Counted from the stretch's first letter, positions 31,584-40,738 are shown. The stretch: 53,876 nt of DNA from an uncultured delta proteobacterium (GCA_963725365.1 CAVRZU010000183.1:1-53876), one strand, 5' to 3'. A program made the numbers and translations. The notes: generated by a model from the sequence alone, not told the origin.

Positions 31584-32672
31584 ATGAGCGAATCGGACAA
31601 GTCGAAAGTCTTACCCTACGCCGAGCTGTTGGCGTCAAGCACATCAAGCCCACTCGTTTTCATTAGTCATGATGCGCGAGACGCTGAGCTTGCTGAAGCG
31701 TTCAGCAAGCTGCTAAGGAGCGTCAGCGCCGGAATGATCAAGACATTTAGGTCTTCCGACAAGAAAGGCAACGAGGGCATTGACTTCGGCGAAGAGTGGT
31801 ACAAACGCTTGATGGCGCAGCTTCAGTCCACTTCGGATGTGGTGTGTCTCTTCACTGAGCGCAGCCTCGAGCGACCGTGGATTCTGTTCGAGGCAGGCGT
31901 GGCCAAGGGAAAGCTGAATACTCCTGTCGCTGGGGTAGCGCTCGGCGTCCCCCTCAGCCGTGTGAGCGCCGGTCCGTTCTATCAGTTCATGAACATGGAC
32001 GACAGTGAGGGCGACCTCACAAAGCTGGTCAATCAGCTTGCCCGACGAATCCCAAACTTGGAACTCGACAGCGATGTAGTCAAAACTCAAGTGGCAGCTT
32101 TCAAGGCGACGGAGGCCACGCTCCTGAAGAAGCTGACGTCTGGCAGCGCCAAGCCCGCAACGAAAGAGGATGTGGACGAGACTGCCATTGCAAAGCTAGC
32201 TGAGGAAATGAAAGCTCTGCCGTCACGCGTAGCAGAACGACTGGCCGAAAGCGGCGCCCCCATTAGCCGACGGAGAATGCGCCGTTTCAGCCCGATGATG
32301 TTCGATGATATCATGCATATGCAGGGCGATCTGGGTGATCCGATCTCCATCCTCATTGCGGCTAGCGTAGTCCGTGATGACATGCCATGGCTATACGAAC
32401 TGGCTATGGAGGTATACAGGGCTGTCAGAGCAGGAAATGCAGAAGCTATCCATGTCGAGATGATAAGACTACGTAACTACTCCGATATGATGATGCAAGG
32501 CCCTTTGGTAGAAGCGTTGGGCTTCAGCGACAAGGAGTATCATATGTTCGCAATGGAGTTTCCCAGAATGCTTGAGCATATGTTGAGGCGCATTCTTGAT
32601 ATGAAGATGAAGACCAACTCTACCAAAAGGCGAAAGTCCTCTAGCGCTGCCGGAGGACTCGCAGAGGATTGA
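31584..32672 (+). CDS. TIR-like domain protein with an unassigned roughly 190-aa helical C-terminal domain
   Basis: The N-terminus has LVFISHDARDAELAEAFSKLL (beta-A FISH-type motif) and DVVCLFTERSLERPWILFEAG (W-x3-E motif carrying the candidate catalytic Glu). I recognise no motif in the C-terminus. Confidence 0.65.
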   Translation: MSESDKSKVLPYAELLASSTSSPLVFISHDARDAELAEAFSKLLRSVSAGMIKTFRSSDKKGNEGIDFGEEWYKRLMAQLQSTSDVVCLFTERSLERPWILFEAGVAKGKLNTPVAGVALGVPLSRVSAGPFYQFMNMDDSEGDLTKLVNQLARRIPNLELDSDVVKTQVAAFKATEATLLKKLTSGSAKPATKEDVDETAIAKLAEEMKALPSRVAERLAESGAPISRRRMRRFSPMMFDDIMHMQGDLGDPISILIAASVVRDDMPWLYELAMEVYRAVRAGNAEAIHVEMIRLRNYSDMMMQGPLVEALGFSDKEYHMFAMEFPRMLEHMLRRILDMKMKTNSTKRRKSSSAAGGLAED

Positions 32673-32772
32673 CATCTCCGGGAATATACGAAAATCTCCC
32701 CATTGTAAACCGATTAGTGGCCCGGATAGTTATCAGGGCGACCCGCGTCGAGGACGATCTGAGCGGCGGGCG

Positions 32773-33168
32773 CTATCCCCGTGTGGATCGAATGATTGAC
32801 TTGCTCTTAAGCCAGTCCGAAAACCCGGCCTCATCCATTTCGCCCGTCGCCAAGGCCAACACAGCGGTCACTGTTTCGGCTTCCGGCGCCATCAGTTCCC
32901 ATCCATTGAGATCAAGAAAAACATAAGCAGCAAGAAAACCTGTGCGTTTGTTGCCGTCCACGAAAGGATGGTTTCGAATGATGCCGAAAGCGTAGGCGGC
33001 GGCAAGATCAAACACGGATGACCGGCCATAGGCCGCTTGGTTTTGCGGACGGGCAAGGGCTGATGACAACAATCCTGCGTCACGGATGCCGGGATTTCCG
33101 CCATGCGCTGCCATCTGCTCGTCGTGCATGGCAATAACAACCCCCTCCAGAAGCCAGCGCCACGTCAC
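32773..33168 (-). CDS. doc: Doc (death-on-curing) Fic-family toxin
   Basis: HPFVDGNKRTG is the Doc-type Fic motif. The 131-aa ORF has a GTG start that overlaps the antitoxin stop by 4 nt (GTGA). Confidence 0.85.
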   Translation of the reverse strand: MTWRWLLEGVVIAMHDEQMAAHGGNPGIRDAGLLSSALARPQNQAAYGRSSVFDLAAAYAFGIIRNHPFVDGNKRTGFLAAYVFLDLNGWELMAPEAETVTAVLALATGEMDEAGFSDWLKSKSIIRSTRG

Positions 33169-33389
33169 TTCCCGGCAAGCTCGCGCAGAGCATTGCGGTA
33201 TTTGGACATTCCGCGCTGCGCCACTTTCATTTGTGCTTCAAATTCCGGATCGTAGGGCGTGATGGCATAACCGTCAGGCATTTCCGTTAAGAATAGGCTG
33301 TCGCCTTTCTTCACCTTGAGACGCGCGGCAGCTTCCTTCGGCAGGATAAGGCCGGTAGAGTTGCCAATCTGTGTTACCTTGACCCGCAT
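33165..33389 (-). CDS. AbrB/MazE/SpoVT-fold antitoxin partner of Doc
   Basis: MRVKVTQIGNSTGLILPKEAAARLKVKKGDSLFL is a typical swapped-hairpin barrel N-terminus. It is translationally coupled to doc. Confidence 0.8.
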   Translation of the reverse strand: MRVKVTQIGNSTGLILPKEAAARLKVKKGDSLFLTEMPDGYAITPYDPEFEAQMKVAQRGMSKYRNALRELAGK

Positions 33390-33405
33390 TGATCTATCTC
33401 CTTTT

Positions 33406-33425
33406 GTTATAACCTATATTATAAC
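33406..33425. promoter_or_regulatory. Possible operator / -10 region of the antitoxin-doc operon
   Basis: GTTATAAC-ctat-ATTATAAC lies 17 nt upstream of the antitoxin start. On the minus strand it contains TATAAT. Confidence 0.3.
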
Positions 33426-33533
33426 GCAGGCCGCTGCTCCGTCAAGCCGCATCAGGATGCTTCTACAACCTTTTGAAACAGCAGGAAGAAGCCGCCTTTC
33501 ATTAAGCAAGGCATAAACCGGTCAATGTGAATT

Positions 33534-35485
33534 TCAATCTTCCTGTTCCTCCAGGATCTCCCCGCCTTCCGCTTTGGAAAGCACGCTGATGACGCTCTGC
33601 GCCACCTTTTGAGGAAGGCCGGCGCTTTCCAGTTCGAAGACCGAGGCAGCCTGGATTGCATCCAGGCTGCCGAATCGTTGAAGAAGCATCTGTCTTCTGC
33701 CGGGGCCTATTCCTGGAATGCCGTCCAACGCCGATGTGAGCAGCGAGTTCCTGTGTACGTTCTGGTAATGGGTGATAGCAAAGCGGTGCGCCTCGTCGCG
33801 TATTCGCTGGAGCAAGTGCAAAATGTCCGGATAACGGTGCAGAAAAAGGGGGTTCTTTGTCCGGGCAGATAGATTTTCTCATAGAGCCCCTTTCCTTTGT
33901 CTCCAATTTCCCATTCCTGTCCTTGGCAATTGAGGCGACCGGGAGCGTATCGGAAATTTCGAGCTGATCGAGCAGAGCCACGTATTTGTTCAACTGGCCC
34001 TTTCCTCCGTCAAGAAGAAGCAGATCGAGCTTTGAGGTAAGTTCCGGGTCGTTTTCAATCAGCCTGCCTATTACCTCCGCCATCATCGCCGGGTCGTCTG
34101 GTTCACTCTTCAGTCTTATCCGGTAGCGCCTGTAGGAATTCTTGTCCGGCCGTCCACTTTCAAAAACAACTACCGCCCCGACCGCGTGCTGCCCCTGGAT
34201 ATTGGAGATGTCCACGCAGGCGATTCGCTCCGGCGTCTCTCGGCAATTTGAGGAGACGCCCAAGACTTTCGATCAGGGCTCTGTCCAGCTTCTGCCACCG
34301 CCTGCGGCTGCCGGATCTCTCGCGGGCGTTGGTCAGGGCCATATCGAGCAGGTGCTTCCTGCCGCCTCTCATTGCCGCCCAGATCCTCACCCGTTTTCCC
34401 TTCATATCGGATAGCCATTCCGAGAGGACCGTTTCGGAATCGAGCGAAACGGGAACTATCACCTCATCGGGTATGAATGCGCCTTGATAGTAGTATTGCT
34501 GAATGAAGGATGAGATCAGCTCACGATCTTCCCCCTTGGCCTCCTTGAGGTCGAATGTTCTCTGGCCGGAATGCACTCCCTGCCTGATAAATAGAACCAC
34601 CAGTTCGGTTCGGTCTTCCTCCTGGTAGATCCCGAGCACGTCCTGGTCCCGGAAGCGGTCGGATATGACATGCTGCTTTTCGATCGTTGCCGCGACATTT
34701 CGCAGACGGTCGCGGTAAAAGGCCGCCAATTCGAAATGCTGTGCCTGGGCGGCTTCCTGCATTCTTTGCTTGAGCTGTCTCTGGAGGGTGTCGGTTTTTC
34801 CTTGCAGAAAGAGCACCACTTCCTCGACCATCTTCATGTAGTCTTCCCGGGAAACTTTGCCTGCACAGGCGCCAAGGCACTGCCCCATCGAAAAATTGAG
34901 ACATGGACGGTCCCGGGGCAGGAGTTTTTTGCCCTTGCAAAGCCTCAAGGGGAAAAGCTGATGAAGGTATTTGAGCGTGTCGCGGGCCGCGCGAGCCGAG
35001 GTATAGGGCCCGAAGTAGAGCGCTCCGTCCTTTTGAAAGCGCCGCACTATGTCCAGCCTGGGATAGGGGTCGCGCGAGTCGATCCGGATCGAGAGATAAT
35101 TTTTATCATCGCGAAGCACCACGTTGTAGCGCGGGCGGTGTTTTTTGATGAGGCTGGCCTCGAGGAGGAGCGCCTCTTTTTCCGAAGATGTAACAGCGTA
35201 TTCGAGGTCGGCGGCCTTGGCGAGCATGATCCTGGTCTTGGCGTCTATGGCCTCGCCACTGCGGAAATAATTGCCGATCCTTTTCCTGAGGTCCCGGGCC
35301 TTTCCGATGTAAAGTATTCCGCCGCTCGTATCCCTGAACATATATATTCCCGGCAGATGCGGAAATGCGGATATCCGGCCTGCAAGATCTCCCGGGCCGG
35401 CGGACTCGGAAGCAGCGGTCCGGGACGAGCCGTCTGTCTCAAGTCCCGCTGCCCCGTCCTGGTTTTCGCCTTCAAGTTCAAGCAT
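33534..35485 (-). CDS. uvrC: Excinuclease ABC subunit C, with frameshifts near 34200 and 33850
   Basis: GIY-YIG domain (GIYMFRDTSGGILYIGKARDLRKRIGNYF), a UvrBC-interaction region, and the C-terminal RIRDEAHRFAITHY plus (HhH)2 motif LDGIPGIGPGRRQMLLQRFGS. Confidence 0.9.
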
Positions 35486-35618
35486 TGACGTCCGTTTCTT
35501 TCAGATCCGATACGGTATTGCGTTCAAACTAATTAGTGTCCATCCGGAAACCCAGGATGTGACACTTACAGTTTCCAATTCGGAAAGGAGGCATTTTTCG
35601 TCATGGCAAGGAAATCGA

Positions 35619-35743
35619 GGGTTTGCGCGGAGGCGTACTTGGGTCGGCCCTCGCCACGCCCCATAAGCATCGGAGGAGCGTGGAACCATGTTCGACCCAT
35701 ATAGCCGGGACCCCGTGAGGGGGTACGCCGCACAAGCAAACCC
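35619..35743 (+). ncRNA. Candidate structured RNA / cis-regulatory element, class unknown
   Basis: Five nested, fully Watson-Crick helices: 35619-26/35736-43 (8 bp), 35632-38/35723-29 (7 bp), 35641-46/35693-98 (6 bp), 35654-59/35678-83 (6 bp), and 35711-14/35719-22 capped by a GTGA (GNRA) loop. Confidence 0.35.
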
Positions 35744-36016
35744 GAAGATTGACGACGCCAAGGCGGAAAAGAACCCTTTCCGGATGGAAACTAATTATAG
35801 CACAGAAGCCCCGGTCTGCCATAATTGCAGCACATTTGAACTGCGCTCAGCCGCGCTTCCCCAAGTAAAGGTGGAGGCGAATTTTATTCACTTGCGCGAT
35901 GATACGTACACCTTTTAATCCCCTTTTTGCTTGATATTTATCGTTCTTTTCCTCCCCTCGCCATTATTGAGTGCCTGATGACCATCGGGCCATTATCTTC
36001 ATAACAGGAGATCAAT

Positions 36017-37150
36017 ATGTCCATACCAACCGCGCTTACAGGCGCTTTTCTGATAGCCGTTATACTTTGGGAAGCCTTCGAAACGCTCATTTACCCGCGC
36101 CGGGTCACCCGCCGGGTGCGCCTGACCCGCATCTTTTACCGGGTGACATGGAAAGCCTGGAGAGCAGTCGTACACCGGATACCGGCCAGGCATCTTCGAG
36201 AGAATTTATTCAGCATCTACGGGCCGCTTTCCTTCCTGGTACTCCTGAGTTTATGGGCTTTCACGCTGATACTGGGGTTCGGGCTTCTCAACAGCAGCAC
36301 GGCTTCAACATCGGCAGGCCAACCCAGCCTGGCCACGAACCTCTATTACAGCGGAACGACCTTCTTCACGCTCGGGTTGGGCGATATCCGGCCGCTCACG
36401 CCCTGGGGCCGGCTGCTGTCGGTCGTAGAGGCCGGGACCGGACTTGGTTTTCTGGCAATTGTGATCGGCTACCTGCCTGGTCTCAATCAGTCCTTCTCCC
36501 GGCGCGAGGTCAATATTTCTCTTTTGGATGCCCGGGCAGGCTCGCCGCCTACCGCCGCCGAAATGTTCCACAGGCAAAATGACGATCATGGCATGGAATC
36601 AATCCGGCAGACCCTGCACGAATGGGAAAGATGGTCTGCGGAATTGCTCGAAAGCCATCTCTCATACCCCGTGCTCGCCTATTTCAGGTCTCAACACGAC
36701 AACCAGTCGTGGCTCGCCGCCCTCGCGGCAATGCTCGATATCAGCGCATTCGTAATGGTAGGCATTGAAGGGGCCTGCGTACGCCAGGCGCAACTGACTT
36801 TTGCCATGGCCAGGCACACCGTGGTAGATCTTTCACTCATTTTTGGAGTTACGCCCCGATGGCCGGAGCCCGACCGCCTACCTGCCGCTGCTCTTTCGAA
36901 TTTGAGGTCCATGTTACTGGCCTCAGGTCTGCGGCCGCAGATGGGAGATGAAGCGGATCTGAAATTATTGGAACTTCGCGGCATGTATGAACCTTTTCTT
37001 TATGCCCTCTCTACGCATTTTAGTCTTGATCTGCCGCCGTGGGTCCCGCAATCCCATATGGCCGACAACTGGCAGACGAGCATATCGGCCCCCCAACCCG
37101 GCGCAGCGAAGGTCGTGCGGCTGCGCAGAAGCGGCGAGAGGCATTTTTAG
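36017..37150 (+). CDS. K+-channel-family (Ion_trans_2-like) membrane protein with an atypical TLGLGD filter and a roughly 210-aa cytoplasmic domain
   Basis: Three hydrophobic helices flank a pore-helix/filter segment, NLYYSGTTFFTLGLGD. The C-terminal half has no motif I recognise. Confidence 0.6.
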   Translation: MSIPTALTGAFLIAVILWEAFETLIYPRRVTRRVRLTRIFYRVTWKAWRAVVHRIPARHLRENLFSIYGPLSFLVLLSLWAFTLILGFGLLNSSTASTSAGQPSLATNLYYSGTTFFTLGLGDIRPLTPWGRLLSVVEAGTGLGFLAIVIGYLPGLNQSFSRREVNISLLDARAGSPPTAAEMFHRQNDDHGMESIRQTLHEWERWSAELLESHLSYPVLAYFRSQHDNQSWLAALAAMLDISAFVMVGIEGACVRQAQLTFAMARHTVVDLSLIFGVTPRWPEPDRLPAAALSNLRSMLLASGLRPQMGDEADLKLLELRGMYEPFLYALSTHFSLDLPPWVPQSHMADNWQTSISAPQPGAAKVVRLRRSGERHF

Positions 37151-37170
37151 TGCAAGGGCAGAAACTTAGA

Positions 37171-37206
37171 CAGGATCAACAGGATTTACAGGATTTACAG
37201 GATTAA
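37171..37206. repeat. 4 x 9-bp tandem repeat (CAGGATYWA)
   Basis: caggatcaa caggattta caggattta caggattaa, immediately after the channel gene stop. Confidence 0.85.
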
Positions 37207-37369
37207 AAATAAATAAAAACCTGCAACTTTTAAACTGCGGTGCCTTCTTTCTTGCAGGAGGAGGCAAATGTCCTGAGTGATCCGAAAAGAATATTCCCTG
37301 AATTGGCTTGCAACCTTGCTCTTTCGGTGTTATCAAAAATTGATAAACACGAATAACGGAGGTTTAGCC

Positions 37370-37630
37370 ATGCCATCAAGTTACGCCATAGGCTCTCATT
37401 TCGAGCGCTTCATAAAGCAGAAAATCGAAAGTGGGCGCTACAGCAGCGCAAGCGAAGTTATCCGCGACGCCTTGCGTCTGTTGGAAGAGCACGAAGAATT
37501 GCGGGAAGTGCAAATCAAAACCCTCCGCCAGCAGCTTCAAGAGGGCAGAGAAAGCGGCCCCGGCATTTCGGCCGACAAGGTTTTGGATCGGCTTGAAGCA
37601 AAATACAGTAAGCTCACAACCGAACCCTGA
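37370..37630 (+). CDS. parD: ParD-family (RHH) antitoxin
   Basis: Contains MPSSYAIGSHFERFIKQKIESGRYSSASEVIRDALRLLEEHE. Confidence 0.75.
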   Translation: MPSSYAIGSHFERFIKQKIESGRYSSASEVIRDALRLLEEHEELREVQIKTLRQQLQEGRESGPGISADKVLDRLEAKYSKLTTEP

Positions 37631-37638
37631 GATAGCCT

Positions 37639-37707
37639 ATGCAATGCGTGTTTTCCCCGCGCGCCGAACTCGATATAGTATCCCAGATCTCCCTTCCCAT
37701 GGTTTGA
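37639..37707 (+). pseudogene. ParE toxin remnant (first roughly 22 codons only)
   Basis: MQCVFSPRAELDIVSQISLPMV* resembles the ParE/RelE N-terminus (S..A..DL..I). It starts 9 nt after the last base of the parD stop codon and is then truncated. Confidence 0.4.
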
Positions 37708-37719
37708 GCGCCCATCTCA

Positions 37720-38051
37720 AGCAGGATATCCTGTCGTTTGTAAGCCAGGTACTCATCCACCGCCTGTTCCATGTTCTCCAGGAAATCAATGCACGCTATG
37801 CGGAATCCCACATCCCTGCCCAGCTTTTCCGAAAGGAGCCATTTGTGCTGGAGAATTTTTGCCCACAATTCCGATGCCGAATCGGCTTCGAATCTGGCTC
37901 CACTCAATTCAAATATCTTCCCGGCACATTCTTCCGGGGAAAGATCTTCCTGTTTGCTTTCGTCCACCTGATCACCTCCTGAAACTTTTGATACCTGAAC
38001 AGAAGTCCCACTTGAGCACTGGACTCTCTCAATCAGCCTTCTCGGGATCAC
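37720..38051 (-). pseudogene. DUF4032-like gene fragment
   Basis: ELWAKILQHKWLLSEKLGRDVGFRIACIDFLENM resembles the conserved DUF4032 core. The ORF lacks a plausible N-terminus, and its read-through tail overlaps the parE remnant and parD. Confidence 0.35.
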
Positions 38052-38833
38052 AATGCCGGTATAAGGGGTTTTAGCCGCAGGTAGGACTGCAATCGGCCCA
38101 GGTCATGTTTGCTGTCTTGTGAGCACCGTTTCCTCCTGCCCGGGACTTCAGGCAGGGATGCAACAGCCGATGGCAAACATAATCCTTTTGCTGTGAAGGG
38201 TCAATGACGCACAAGTGGCAATTGCGTTTCATCTCAGTAGAGGAGCTCACCGCGATGTCATCGGCGGGCAGGAAGCCAGCATAGCCACTGTACGTAATAA
38301 ATTCTGTAAAATCATCCCTTCTATTCAGGTTTAGCGAGAGTCAAAATTCCTTGCCTACGTGGAAAATCCCGCTCAGGCCCGAGGGCATACGAGTATGATC
38401 TGAATTTGTTAACCAGAGAGACGGGTCCCTCCAGAACGCCAGATAGGAGAGGAATGCTGACTTTTGAAGAATGGAGTTGTCAAAAAAAGGCTAAGCCGTC
38501 GCTAACCCTGCCCAATTTATAGAGAAGATAACCAGCCATCCTAAATGCTTTCTCCTAAGCCCAACCAGACTAGCCATTCCTGGACCTAAGAGCCAGGCTA
38601 CACTGCGTCCGGCAGATACCATTTTCCTGGTGGGATGAGCTTTTGCTCTTGACCGCTGCCTTTTAAATGGTTCCCCCTTCATATTGCCGTCCAAAAAAGT
38701 AATGTTTACCCTTCTTTGTAGTGAGTCGATCCGACCCGCGAACTCGCACCGGAACTAGGCTTGATCTCTTCATCATGCGCTGAGCAGGCGCTATGATTGA
38801 AAAGTTTAGCCGTTTCAAGGAGAAGCAAGAATA

Positions 38834-39142
38834 ATGAGGACCTTACTATTGTTTGCGGCCGCTTTTGCGGTCGTGTCGATTGTAATTTTGGGAAGTGTTT
38901 CCGCCTACGCGCAAGCGGAAGCATTGAACTGCGACCAGGCCTTTAGAACGTACTCCGGCGGAAAGGACTACATGAACCAGGAAGATTTTGAACAGTATTG
39001 GGTAGACGCCGGCGAGGGAAACGGCAGCAATATGAACCCGGAGATTGGAGGCTCGGGTTCTGCTTTTGAGAGCGCGAATCAGAGTGGAAGTGGCATGCTG
39101 TCGAAATCAGAGTTCTGTGATTGGGCAAAGTCAAACCCGTAA
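38834..39142 (+). CDS. Small secreted protein with EF-hand-like loops
   Basis: Signal peptide MRTLLLFAAAFAVVSIVILGSVSAYA. Loops GGKDYMNQEDFEQY and NQSGSGMLSKSEF approximate the DxDxDGxIxxxE pattern. Confidence 0.45.
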   Translation: MRTLLLFAAAFAVVSIVILGSVSAYAQAEALNCDQAFRTYSGGKDYMNQEDFEQYWVDAGEGNGSNMNPEIGGSGSAFESANQSGSGMLSKSEFCDWAKSNP

Positions 39143-39382
39143 GACGCGCGCGAACGTTTCGATAGGGCGCTACGGCTTCAGCCGACATCTTCTTCCGTGA
39201 CCAACAGGAAAGGCAGGGTGGTCATCCAGCTCTGCTTTCTTCACCCGACAGAATCAATCTTTCTTGCCAAAATGGAAAGTCCGGAAGGTCACTGATCGCA
39301 TAACGGAAATGATCTCGATATGTGAATTCCCCTGAGGCGCCAAGAGTCGGCGGCATAGTCCAGCGGGGTGTGTGCCACCTAA

Positions 39383-40738
39383 CAGGCTGTTGAAATAGGG
39401 GTGTGCATCGTCCCCTGTTGACCAAAAGCATTTTTTGAAAATTGCTCTTTGACAACTCGCGATTACCAGATCAGAGAACTGTTCTCACATTATGACGCTC
39501 CGGAGGGTTTTGTCGGCTGATTTTAGCCCCGAATCAGGCATATCCTCTCCTCCCGGGGCTATGCTTTAGCCAGATTTCTCATTCGCACCAGGTTATAGAC
39601 CGCTGTTGCAAACGTGAAGACCCACTCTACCTTTCGCGAACCCCGGTAGCGAAGTTTACGAAGGGTAGCCACGGTCTTGATCCAGCCGAAGACCTCTTCT
39701 ATCCTCTTACGTTTGCGCTGACTCACGTTATAGCCCTCATGGCAGGTTGTCCTTCCATCAATGGCCGAGTTCTGTTTCTGGGCGACATGGGGAGTAACTC
39801 TTAACCGGCGGCACTCTTTGACAAAACCTTTGGTATCGTATGCCTTATCGGCGCCCACTGTGGTCCGGTTCCCTCCCGTTGACTGCTTTAGCATCTCTGC
39901 TGCCGCTTCTCTTTCGCATGTTCCGGTGGCTTGTGTGACACAGGCATTGACGACCAAACCGTTACGATTCTCCATCAAGACATGGCCGGTGAAACAGAGC
40001 TTTGCTTCTTTTCCTTTGCCTTTCTTCGACAGGAGAGCTTCTGGGTCGGTTGTGGAAGCGTGGGTCTCATTGGAGCGCTTCTCCCCGTGGAAATCGACTT
40101 CAGGGTTGCGGCCTCCCCCGGACGACGGTGGATCGGAAGGAGGGGGTGGCTCATCTTTTGGTCGAAAACTCTTGAGGGAAGCCCATGATTCCAGAAGAGT
40201 CCCGTCCACCGAGAAATGCTCTTCTGAGAGCAACCCTTGTTCCTGCGCCTTTTCCAGCACGGAAGCGAGGAAGGAGAGTGCTATGTCGGATTCGATCAAC
40301 CTGTCCCGATTCTTGGAAAAGGTGGAGTGGTTCCACAATGGTTCATCGAGGTGAAGCCCTATGAACCAACGGAAGAGAATATTGTAGTCGATATGCTCAA
40401 TGAGAGCCCGCTCGCTTCGCACGGAGTAGAGAATCTGCAATAGAAGGGCCTTGAGGAGTCGTTCCGGCGCAATGGATGGGCGCCCTATCGATGAGTACAT
40501 CTTGTTAAATCGCTCATCCAGAGACTTGAGACACTCTTCGACCATCACCTTGACGGGCCGTAGGGGATGGTTCTTCGGGATGCGCTTCTCTGCAGAGATG
40601 TAGAAGAAGGTCTTCTGCTGCTGGTGGTCGGGGGTCCTCATCTTTTTTCTCCATCGATTGTTAAGCAATTTCGGTGGGATGAGTATACATCAGACAGGGA
40701 TTTGATGCATTAATATAAGTGCCTTTTTCAACAGCCTG
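39383..40738 (-). mobile_element. Complete IS5-family insertion sequence (1356 bp)
   Basis: 17-bp terminal inverted repeats CAGGCTGTTGAAATAGG (39383-39399) and CAGGCTGTTGAAAAAGG (reverse complement of 40722-40738), matching 16/17. The element is flanked by a 4-bp direct duplication CTAA (39379-82 and 40739-42). It carries a single intact transposase ORF. Confidence 0.85.
39559..40641 (-). CDS. IS5-family DDE transposase
   Basis: N-terminal DUF772-like region (GRPSIAPERLLKALLLQILYSVRSERALIEHIDYNILFRWFIGL) and C-terminal IEEVFGWIKTVATLRKLRYRG. Confidence 0.85.
   Translation of the reverse strand: MRTPDHQQQKTFFYISAEKRIPKNHPLRPVKVMVEECLKSLDERFNKMYSSIGRPSIAPERLLKALLLQILYSVRSERALIEHIDYNILFRWFIGLHLDEPLWNHSTFSKNRDRLIESDIALSFLASVLEKAQEQGLLSEEHFSVDGTLLESWASLKSFRPKDEPPPPSDPPSSGGGRNPEVDFHGEKRSNETHASTTDPEALLSKKGKGKEAKLCFTGHVLMENRNGLVVNACVTQATGTCEREAAAEMLKQSTGGNRTTVGADKAYDTKGFVKECRRLRVTPHVAQKQNSAIDGRTTCHEGYNVSQRKRKRIEEVFGWIKTVATLRKLRYRGSRKVEWVFTFATAVYNLVRMRNLAKA

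Noticed and set aside
35500-35960. Possible tmRNA, RNase P RNA, SRP RNA or GEMM-I riboswitch. The cues were GTTCGAC, GCAAACC, a CGCCTCCACC-like string on the minus strand near 35870, and CGCACA-AGCAAACC.
   Set aside because: No acceptor stem or T-arm pairs with the CCACC-like end. There is no GGAAAGTCC or ACAGAA..CGGCTTA for RNase P, and no GGAA-capped SRP domain IV. No frame gives an ...ALAA-type tag ORF. The GCAAACC segment is the 3' strand of the closing helix rather than a GEMM hairpin. The element is kept only as an unclassified structured candidate.
37171-37206. CRISPR array, considered window-wide.
   Set aside because: The only tandem repeats are this 4 x 9-bp block and the terminal (CT)n. 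There is no 25-40-bp repeat and spacer periodicity and no cas genes.
38491-38694. Possible second IS remnant.
   Set aside because: The only similarity to the IS5-family element is an 11-nt string (GGTGGGATGAG). The translated ORF has no clear transposase motif. Evidence is insufficient.
39222-39455. 77-aa minus-strand ORF.
   Set aside because: It crosses the left boundary of the IS element (39383), so it is a chimera of flank and IS end.
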